The notes under the pieces were generated by a model that was not told the DNA's origin, ran no database searches, and worked only from the letters and a program-made list of their open reading frames with translations. From NCBI GenBank assembly GCA_016875875.1, contig VGOP01000006.1, positions 6,203 through 70,202 on the forward strand: a DNA stretch of 64,000 bases, read 5' to 3'. This document shows, one piece after another, positions 8,375 to 16,066 of this stretch (position 1 is the stretch's first letter; each line of letters opens with the position of its first letter). Made by a program: the position numbers and the translations under genes. Source of the DNA: Chloroflexota bacterium. Its GTDB lineage: Bacteria; Chloroflexota; Dehalococcoidia; GIF9; UBA5629.

Positions 8375-9649
8375 TCACTCGCGAACCAGCGCTAGCAATC
8401 CAATCATCGCCAGGAATGCTAAGCCAGCTCCGAAATAGAAGGGCGCTGCCGGACTGATTGTCTGCCACAGCCATCCGGCTATGATACTGGCCGGTAAGAG
8501 AGTGATGCCAACTACACCATGAAAAAGACCATAGGCGGTGCCGCACCTGTCTTCAGGCACTAAGTCAGCGACAAAAGCTCGCGCTACACCTTCGGCAAGC
8601 CCATAGTAGACTCCATATAGGGCAAAAAGCAGCCATATATGCCACGAGGCAGATGTCACGGCGAAGCCAAGATAAACGAGAGCATAAATCAACCACCCAA
8701 GCACTATAATTCTACGTCTGCCCAACCTGTCTGACAGTATTCCAGCAGGTATGGAAACTGTTGCGTAGACGACATTAAACAGTATGAGCATCAAGAGTAT
8801 ATAGAGTACAGGGTTACCCAGGTTCTGTGCTCTCAGAATGAGAAAAGCATCGCTGGAATTGCCTAAAGTAAATAAAAACATTATGCCCAGAAAAAGCTTG
8901 AATCGATTATCAAAGCCAGTCTTCGTGTCCTGAGAGCTTTTTGGCAAACACTCAGAGTAGCTCTGCGGGCTTGAATTTTTCTTAGCCTCGCGAATAAAGA
9001 AAAAAATAAACAGCGACAGCACTGCCGGGATAATGCCAATCAGCACCAGCCACTGATAAGTGCCTCGAATCAGCTCCAGAGTACCACTCTGGAGAAAGAA
9101 GACGACAATGGCGGCAAAAACAAGCCCCATGGCAGCGCCGGAGGTATCCATAGCCCTATGAAATCCAAAGGCTTTGCCTCGCTGCTCAGCCGAAACAGAA
9201 TCGGCTACCAGCGCATCACGTGGTGCCGTGCGTACACCCTTGCCGAAGCGGTCGGCAAATCTCACCCCCAACACCAGCCCCCAGTTTGTGGCTATATACA
9301 TAAATGGTTTAGCCAGAGTAGACAACCCGTAACCGACAAAAGCTAAGAATTTACGTTTGCCCAGCCTGTCGCTGAGCCAGCCGCTGACAACTTTGAGCAA
9401 AGAGGCTGTGCTTTCAGCCACTCCCTCAATAAAGCCAATGACAACTGCAGCCGCTCCCAGTATATTGGCCAGAAACAAAGGAAGAAGTGTGAAAATCATC
9501 TCACTGCTGACATCAGTGAGAAAACTCACAAGCCCCAGGAAAAATATGTTTGGGTTAAGTCCAAAAATGCGTTTACGTTCCGTAAGTTGTTGCTGCTTCC
9601 TCATAAGACCATTAAGTATAGCACCCTTGTCAAGCACCTTACTATGCAT
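8375..9649 (-). CDS. MFS transporter
   Basis: 424 aa with ~12 predicted TM helices and an MFS-like 'SDRLGRR' loop motif. Convergent with panC, with only 2 nt between the stops. Confidence 0.8.
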   Translation of the reverse strand: MHSKVLDKGAILNGLMRKQQQLTERKRIFGLNPNIFFLGLVSFLTDVSSEMIFTLLPLFLANILGAAAVVIGFIEGVAESTASLLKVVSGWLSDRLGKRKFLAFVGYGLSTLAKPFMYIATNWGLVLGVRFADRFGKGVRTAPRDALVADSVSAEQRGKAFGFHRAMDTSGAAMGLVFAAIVVFFLQSGTLELIRGTYQWLVLIGIIPAVLSLFIFFFIREAKKNSSPQSYSECLPKSSQDTKTGFDNRFKLFLGIMFLFTLGNSSDAFLILRAQNLGNPVLYILLMLILFNVVYATVSIPAGILSDRLGRRRIIVLGWLIYALVYLGFAVTSASWHIWLLFALYGVYYGLAEGVARAFVADLVPEDRCGTAYGLFHGVVGITLLPASIIAGWLWQTISPAAPFYFGAGLAFLAMIGLLALVRE

Positions 9650-9686
9650 GTCAGCAGCTTATTACTCAACCACTTTAAACCCCCAA

Positions 9687-9792
9687 GATTGCCACGTTTC
9701 GCTCGCAATGACAAGAGGGGGTATCATTACGATGAACGTTTTTTATTCTGTCATTGCGAGGAGTCCTTCCACGGAAGGACGACGTGGCAATC
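9687..9792. repeat. structured palindromic MITE/REP-like element, copy A
   Basis: GATTGCCACG-TTTCGCTCGCAATGAC ... GTCATTGCGAG ... CGTGGCAATC. Nested inverted repeats with an internal hairpin TCCTTCC-acg-GAAGGA. Confidence 0.7.
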
Positions 9793-9897
9793 CCGGTGAT
9801 GGGGAAAACAAGATATTGACACGCGGAATTTATCCTGAGCTATACGAGATTCTTCGCCCCGATTGCATCGGGGCTCAGAATGACACTGGGTGAAGTC

Positions 9898-9926
9898 TTG
9901 GCAAACCAACTACTATGGTCTATAAT
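9898..9926 (+). promoter_or_regulatory. sigma70-like promoter (-35 TTGGCA, 17 nt, -10 TATAAT) upstream of the first zinc-ribbon gene
   Basis: TTGGCA at 9898-9903, TATAAT at 9921-9926. Confidence 0.4.
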
Positions 9927-10011
9927 CTGTGCCAAGAGTCATGAAGAATGCTGACACCTCATTGTGAGTTGAAATCGGAACTCCAAACTAAAGCGCTGAG
10001 GAGGTGAGACC

Positions 10012-11352
10012 ATGCCGTTCTGCAGGAAATGCGGACATGAAGTAGACAGTGATGACCAGTTCTGCTATGAATGTGGAGCCCCGGTGGGACCAACAGTCGG
10101 ACAGGCAGACAAACGAGGCAAAGTCAAAGCTCCGAAAAAGCCCACCCCACAAGAAATCACGCCAGAGCCTCTTGCAACGAAGCAAGAAGTTGTGTCAACC
10201 CCAGGAAAACCACCAATCAAACCACAGAGAGAGACCGGCAAACGTAGAATCGGGTGGCCGGTTATGAAGCCCCAGCCAATAGTCCCAACTCAAACTGTGG
10301 CCGCAGAAGAGATACCAACAGAGGCACCGAAAAAAGCCGGCAAACTTAGAATCAGGTGGCCAATTATCCTAGGGGCAGCAGTGGCGGTTGTCGCCCTGGG
10401 AGTTGCTACTTGGTGGTTCGCCTTTTCCTCACCGGGAGAGCTGGTATTTAAAGACGACTTTAGCAACACCGACAATGGCTGGTTAGTAGAATCGGGCGAC
10501 TGGGGAGGCATAGCGTATTCAAATGGCGAGCTCGCCATACACAGAAAAACGGCGTTATGGGCGTTTTCAACAAATGACAACGTAGGCGAGCAGACCGATT
10601 TCATCGTCGAGGTCGATGCCAGGAAGATACCCGAGGGAGAAGACAACACCGATTGCAGCATCCTCTTCCGATTTCAGGACAACAAGAACTTCTACGGCTT
10701 CTACGTCGCGCCAAGGGGCAATTACTCGGTGTGGAAAAAGGTGGGAGGCGAATGGACTAAGTTAATAGACTGGACAGAATCAGACTACATAAAAACCGGC
10801 ACCTCCACTAACAAGCTTAAGGTGGTCTGCCAGGGACAAAAGATGGATTTCTACATCAACGGCCACAAGGTTGACACCACCAATGACGACACCTTCATTG
10901 AAGGTAAAATCGCCATTTCGGTGACCAGTGTAGAGTCAACGCCCGCCATCGAGTACCATTTCGACAATTTCAAGCTATACAAGATAGGATTAGCCACAAT
11001 TGACAATTATCCCAATGTCACCTCCTTCTCTGTTCCTTCCACTTCGATCAAGCAAGGTGAAACTCTCACTTTCTCCTATAGCGTCTCAGATGATATTGGC
11101 TTAAAGCAGGTGGAATTATGGCGAGAGGATAGTACTGCTGGGGTGTCTTTCAGACCGATTAAGACGACCTCTGTCTCCGGTAAGAGTTATACCGGCTCCT
11201 TCTCCGATGCTCCATCTGCACCAGGTGCCTATTGGTATGGTCTACATGCGGTAGATACTAATAATGAGTGGAATTGCGAGAGAAATTCACGAACCGGTTT
11301 TTCACCAGGTGTCTATGGCCCGATACATGTGGTAGTAGAAGCATCTGAGTAA
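10012..11352 (+). CDS. zinc-ribbon / single-TM membrane protein with one ~180-aa beta-sandwich-like repeat domain and a C-terminal Ig-like region
   Basis: N-terminal 'CRKCGHEVDSDDQFCYECG' zinc ribbon, Pro/Lys-rich linker, TM 'ILGAAVAVVALGVATWWFAF', then the domain 'GWLVESGDWGG..YSNGEL...TDFIVEVDARKIPEG...ILFRFQD...DYIKTGTSTNKLKVVCQGQKMDFYINGHKV'. Confidence 0.6.
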   Translation: MPFCRKCGHEVDSDDQFCYECGAPVGPTVGQADKRGKVKAPKKPTPQEITPEPLATKQEVVSTPGKPPIKPQRETGKRRIGWPVMKPQPIVPTQTVAAEEIPTEAPKKAGKLRIRWPIILGAAVAVVALGVATWWFAFSSPGELVFKDDFSNTDNGWLVESGDWGGIAYSNGELAIHRKTALWAFSTNDNVGEQTDFIVEVDARKIPEGEDNTDCSILFRFQDNKNFYGFYVAPRGNYSVWKKVGGEWTKLIDWTESDYIKTGTSTNKLKVVCQGQKMDFYINGHKVDTTNDDTFIEGKIAISVTSVESTPAIEYHFDNFKLYKIGLATIDNYPNVTSFSVPSTSIKQGETLTFSYSVSDDIGLKQVELWREDSTAGVSFRPIKTTSVSGKSYTGSFSDAPSAPGAYWYGLHAVDTNNEWNCERNSRTGFSPGVYGPIHVVVEASE

Positions 11353-11437
11353 TCTAATATCTAAAGAAATAATTATATGATGACCTTTCTGTTAGTTGAA
11401 ATCGGAAATCAAAACTAAGCGCCGAGGAGGTGAGACC

Positions 11438-13399
11438 ATGCCATTCTGTAAGAAATGTGGATATGAAATATACAGCGACGACCAGTTCTGTTATCGCTGT
11501 GGTGCCCCAATGGGACCGACACCCAAGCGAGTCAAAGCCAGGGCTCCGGCAAAGCCCCAGCCAATAACCCCCACTGAAACTGCGCCCGTACATGAGATAC
11601 CGACCGAAGCACCGAAAAAAGCTGGCAAATTTAGACTTAGGTGGCTAGTTATATCAGTGGCAGCGGTAGTAGTTGTCGGCTTGGGAATTGCCGCTTGGTG
11701 GTGGTTTGCCGGCTCCGCCCCAGAAAAGCTGGTATTTAAGGACGACTTCGGCAACACTGGCAGCGGCTGGTGGGTGAGTTCAGGTGACTGGGGAAGCACA
11801 GGATATTCGAACGGCGAGTTGAAGATGCAGAGGAAAACCGCAGGCTGGGGGTATGCAGACAACGAAAATATAGGCCGGCAGACCGATTTCATCGTCGAAG
11901 TCGCTGCTAGGAAAATACCCGAGGGAGAAGACACCACCGATTGCAGCATCCTCTTCCGGCTTCAGGACAACAATAACCTCTACGGGTTCTACGTCCAGCC
12001 AAGGGGCAAGTACTCGGTGTGGAAAAGGGTGGAAGGCAAATGGACTGTATTGATAGACTGGGCCGAATCAGACTACATAAAAACCGGCACCTCCACAAAC
12101 AAGCTTAAGGTGGTCTGCCAAGGACAAAAGATGGATTTCTACATCAACGGCCACAAGGTCAATACCATCAAGGACAACACCTTCGTCTCAGGCCAAATCG
12201 CCCTATCTGTGTACAGCGAAGAGTCCACCCCCACAACGGAATACCGTTTCGACAATTTCAGGGTCTACGCCCTCAAGACACCAGTCGAGAAAGAGCCGAG
12301 CGGAAAGCCGCTGTTCGAAGACGACTTCAGCAGCTCCAACAGCGGCTGGTGGGTTGGTTCAGGCGATTGGGGAGGCGTGGCATATTCGAATGGCGAGCTA
12401 GTCATGTACAGAAAAGAGGGAGGTAACTGGACATATACAACAAATGAAAACATAAGCCAACAGACCGATTTCGCCGTTGAAGTCGATGCTAGGAAGATAC
12501 CCGAAGGCATGGATTTTAACTATTGTGGCATTCTTTTCCGGTTTCAAGATGCAGACAACTACTACGGGTTTTTTGTCAACAGCAAGGGCGAATACGATAT
12601 AGGAAAGTCAGTTAGTGGACAATTCAGCAAGCTTAAAGACTGGACACGATCAGACTACATTAAGACCGGCACATCCACCAATAAGCTCAAGGTCGTCTGC
12701 AAGGGGACCACAATCGAGGTCTACGCCAACGGTCACAAACTTGCCACCGTTGAAGACAACAGCTTATCCGCAGGAGAAATCGCACTGGAAGTCTTTACCA
12801 ACGAGTCCACCCCCACAACGGAATACCGTTTCGACAATCTCAAGCTGTATCCGGCAGGAGCACTGGGGGAAACGTCCGTCACTGAACCAACTGCCTCCGA
12901 GGCCACATCTGCCGAAGAAGCAGCATCTGAAGGCACTTCAACTGAATCCACCGGCGAATGGCTCCTATATTCAAGTGATGCCTTCGGATTCTCCGTTGAA
13001 TATCCCTCATCCTGGTCGCTGAATACGTTTATGGAATTCCTAGGGACTGTCCTCATAACAGAGCCAGGCGGCAAAGCAGTTATCAGTACATCCGTCCTAC
13101 CTGTAGGGAGCGTTATACTGGATGATCTTGTCAGTGGGATAACAGACTACCAAAAACAGAACGATTTCTACTATGAACTTATTTCCAACAACCCTGTAAC
13201 TCACCAGGGAATTAGCGCCAGAATTGTAGAGTGCGTGTATCAAGAGGAGGCAGAAAAACCCAGGTACAGAAGCAGCCAGCTATTTACAATCGTCGATGGA
13301 ATGAAATATAGCATCGAGCTGAGAGTGACGCCACCGGCAGACTACGGTTCCTACTCCCAGTTATTCCAGAAGGTTATGGCAAGCTTTCACGTTCCTTAG
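11438..13399 (+). CDS. paralogous zinc-ribbon / single-TM membrane protein with three tandem copies of the same ~180-aa domain
   Basis: 'MPFCKKCGYEIYSDDQFCYRCG', a TM segment, and three repeats each ending 'EY(R/H)FDNF(K/R)(L/V)Y'. ATG at 11438 has the same RBS context (GAGGAGGTGAGACC-ATG) as the upstream gene. The track ORF starts earlier at 11396. Confidence 0.6.
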   Translation: MPFCKKCGYEIYSDDQFCYRCGAPMGPTPKRVKARAPAKPQPITPTETAPVHEIPTEAPKKAGKFRLRWLVISVAAVVVVGLGIAAWWWFAGSAPEKLVFKDDFGNTGSGWWVSSGDWGSTGYSNGELKMQRKTAGWGYADNENIGRQTDFIVEVAARKIPEGEDTTDCSILFRLQDNNNLYGFYVQPRGKYSVWKRVEGKWTVLIDWAESDYIKTGTSTNKLKVVCQGQKMDFYINGHKVNTIKDNTFVSGQIALSVYSEESTPTTEYRFDNFRVYALKTPVEKEPSGKPLFEDDFSSSNSGWWVGSGDWGGVAYSNGELVMYRKEGGNWTYTTNENISQQTDFAVEVDARKIPEGMDFNYCGILFRFQDADNYYGFFVNSKGEYDIGKSVSGQFSKLKDWTRSDYIKTGTSTNKLKVVCKGTTIEVYANGHKLATVEDNSLSAGEIALEVFTNESTPTTEYRFDNLKLYPAGALGETSVTEPTASEATSAEEAASEGTSTESTGEWLLYSSDAFGFSVEYPSSWSLNTFMEFLGTVLITEPGGKAVISTSVLPVGSVILDDLVSGITDYQKQNDFYYELISNNPVTHQGISARIVECVYQEEAEKPRYRSSQLFTIVDGMKYSIELRVTPPADYGSYSQLFQKVMASFHVP

Positions 13400-13682
13400 C
13401 TAGACCTCTTGCTGAAGCTTCTCACCGGCCCAAGAGAAAAGACGTTGGGGCTAAGGCTAAAGATGCGCTTTCGTTTAGCCACTTGCAGTCGCCTTTCCGC
13501 AAAATTGTAACCGTTTAGTATGGCACTTTTACCAAGTGCGCCGCTTGCGATCAACCTGTTAAAAAATTCACCCTTTCCTCTCCCATCAAGGGAGAAGGAA
13601 ATTTAATATACCGCAGAGATTGACCACGAATGCTTTTTTTGCTAAACTACCGTTTTGGTTATTCAAGTCCGCGGAGAGCCAA

Positions 13683-14132
13683 GTGCCTGATGAACTAGCT
13701 AAGATAGTGGCTGAATACAAGGGGGAAAAGGGCGCATTAATTCCAATCCTACAAAAAGTCCAGGAAAAATTCGGTTATCTATCTGAAGAGGCAATTTCAG
13801 AGATAGCTAAATCATCACGAATGTCGGAAAGCGAAGTCTTTGGAGTTGCATCTTTTTATGCCCAATTTTATTTCACTCGCCGTGGCCAGCACACCGTGAA
13901 AGTCTGCTTAGGCACTGCATGTCATGTCCGCGGAGGTGAGAAAATTCTGGACGAAATCAAGAGGGAACTTGGTGTTGAATCCGGTGGCACAACAGAAGAC
14001 TACAAATTCAGCTTAGAGAGAGTAGCCTGCTTCGGTTCCTGTGCTCTAGCTCCGGTATTGGTGATAAACAAAGATGTTTATGGACGGATGACAGTTGCCA
14101 AGTCAAAAGAGACTGTAAACAAATACCGATGA
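13683..14132 (+). CDS. NuoE/HydC-like [2Fe-2S] thioredoxin-like subunit of a NAD(H)-linked oxidoreductase
   Basis: 'ALIPILQKVQEKFGYLSEEAISEIA...CLGTACHVRGGEKI...CFGSCALAPV'. Likely GTG start at 13683 (GGAGAG RBS) rather than the track's TTG at 13620. Confidence 0.8.
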   Translation: MPDELAKIVAEYKGEKGALIPILQKVQEKFGYLSEEAISEIAKSSRMSESEVFGVASFYAQFYFTRRGQHTVKVCLGTACHVRGGEKILDEIKRELGVESGGTTEDYKFSLERVACFGSCALAPVLVINKDVYGRMTVAKSKETVNKYR

Positions 14133-14144
14133 AGGCCTAGTGTC

Positions 14145-16055
14145 ATGACTTTCGAGAAAATCCACAAACAAGCAGTCTCAGAGTGGGAAGCGCTGCAATC
14201 AAGTAGTAAGCCGCGGCTCTTGGTGGGTGCCGGTACCTGTGGTAGTGCCGCTGGAGCCATGGATGTTCTCAAAGTTATTAATGAAGAACTGGCACGACAA
14301 AACATAGAGGCTATTGTTATCCAGGTCGGCTGCATGGGGTTATGTTTCGCCGAACCGATGATGGGCATAGTTAAGCCGGGGCACCCACAAGTCATCTACG
14401 GCAATTTAACACCTGAGATTGCTACTCAGATTGTTAAGGACTACCTGGTAGCCGATAACCCTCGTGCTGATTTAGCTCTAGGTTACGCGGGTGACGGCAA
14501 GGCTGATGGCATTCCCAACTTGTTCGAACTACCAGTGCTCAAGCCACAGGTCCGCGTAGTTCTGCACAACTGCGGTTTCATCGACCCCGAGAACATAAAC
14601 CACTACATCGCTAACGGTGGCTACAGTGGGCTGGTCAAGGCATTAAAGATGTCCCCAGAAGCAATAATTGAAGAGATTAAGAAGTCAGGCTTGCGTGGCA
14701 GAGGCGGCGCCGGTTTCTCAACAGGGCAGAAATGGGATTTCTGCCGGAAAGCACCGGGGAGAGAAAAATATATAATTTGCAATGCCGACGAAGGTGACCC
14801 GGGCGCCTTCATGAACCGCTCACTACTAGAAGGTGACCCTCATTCAGTCCTGGAGGGGATGGCTATCGGGGCTTACACCATAGGAGCCAACCAAGGCTAT
14901 ATTTACTGTCGTGCCGAATACCCATTAGCTCTGGAAAGACTGAGGCTAGCTCTACGGCAAATGGAAGAGTATGGCTTTATTGGAGATAACATACTTGGCT
15001 CCGGCTTCGATTTTCACCTAAAGATTAAAGAGGGAGCAGGGGCGTTTGTTTGCGGTGAAGAAACAGCTTTGATGGCCTCCATAGAAGGTAAGCGGGGAAT
15101 GCCTCGGTCACGACCTCCCTTTCCAGCAATATCAGGATTGTGGGGCAAGCCGACAAATATTAATAATGTGGAAACCTGGGCAGACACAGCACGTATCTTG
15201 CAAAAAGGCAGCGAATGGTATGCCGGGTATGGCTCAGAAAAAAGCAAAGGAACGAAGACCTTTGCCCTTGTAGGAAAGGTTGAGCGCACCGGGCTTATCG
15301 AAGTACCCCTAGGCATCACCTTGCGTCAAATAATATACGAAATCGGCGGTGGAATACTCAAAGGCAAGGAGTTCAAAGCCGTGCAAACCGGCGGCCCTTC
15401 AGGAGGCTGCCTGCCACCATCAATGCTCGATTCACCTGTTGACTATGAATCGCTAGCTGCTGCCGGCTCAATCATGGGCTCAGGCGGCATGATTGTTGCC
15501 GACGAAGACACCTGCATGGTCGATCTGACAAAGTACTTCCTTAATTTCACACAGGCTGAATCCTGCGGTAAATGTCCACCCTGCCGGGTTGGTACACGGC
15601 AAATGCTGGGCATTCTGGACCGCATTACTCGAGGCGAAGGCAAACCCGAAGATATAGCGCAGCTTGAGAGGATAGCCATAACAGTGAAGCAAGGCTCACT
15701 CTGTGGCTTAGGTCAAACCGCCCCTAACCCGGTGCTGACCACCATCCGCTATTTCCGCAATGAATACGAGGCTCACATTAATGAGAAGCGCTGCCCGGCC
15801 CGGGTATGTAAGAATTTGATTTCGTTCTATATTTTGCCGGACAAATGTCAAGGTTGCATGATCTGCCTCAGAGCCTGTCCTGTGGAGGCAATCACTGGTG
15901 ACAAAAGAATGATTCACATCATCGACCAGGATAAATGTATTAAATGCGGGACATGCACTGATGTCTGCCCACCACGCTTTGCTGCCATAACAAAGGTTTC
16001 AGGTGAGCAAATCGAAGTCCCTCAGCAGCCAGTACCTATCGAGGCATCTGCTTAA
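14145..16055 (+). CDS. NuoF/HydB-like flavoprotein subunit (FMN/NAD(H)-binding) with an N-terminal thioredoxin-like domain and a C-terminal 2x[4Fe-4S] ferredoxin domain
   Basis: 'GLRGRGGAGFSTGQKW...CNADEGDPGAF' NuoF signature; 'ESCGKCPPCR' N3 cluster motif; C-terminal 'CQGCMICLRACP...CIKCGTCTDVCP'. Confidence 0.85.
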   Translation: MTFEKIHKQAVSEWEALQSSSKPRLLVGAGTCGSAAGAMDVLKVINEELARQNIEAIVIQVGCMGLCFAEPMMGIVKPGHPQVIYGNLTPEIATQIVKDYLVADNPRADLALGYAGDGKADGIPNLFELPVLKPQVRVVLHNCGFIDPENINHYIANGGYSGLVKALKMSPEAIIEEIKKSGLRGRGGAGFSTGQKWDFCRKAPGREKYIICNADEGDPGAFMNRSLLEGDPHSVLEGMAIGAYTIGANQGYIYCRAEYPLALERLRLALRQMEEYGFIGDNILGSGFDFHLKIKEGAGAFVCGEETALMASIEGKRGMPRSRPPFPAISGLWGKPTNINNVETWADTARILQKGSEWYAGYGSEKSKGTKTFALVGKVERTGLIEVPLGITLRQIIYEIGGGILKGKEFKAVQTGGPSGGCLPPSMLDSPVDYESLAAAGSIMGSGGMIVADEDTCMVDLTKYFLNFTQAESCGKCPPCRVGTRQMLGILDRITRGEGKPEDIAQLERIAITVKQGSLCGLGQTAPNPVLTTIRYFRNEYEAHINEKRCPARVCKNLISFYILPDKCQGCMICLRACPVEAITGDKRMIHIIDQDKCIKCGTCTDVCPPRFAAITKVSGEQIEVPQQPVPIEASA

Positions 16056-16066
16056 CAGGAGCTAGT

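Noticed and set aside
13399-13682. Possible terminator/promoter between the zinc-ribbon genes and the fdh operon
   Set aside because: A CTCTTG/CAAGAG hairpin is present but without a U-tract on either strand, and the promoter hexamers are too weak to call.
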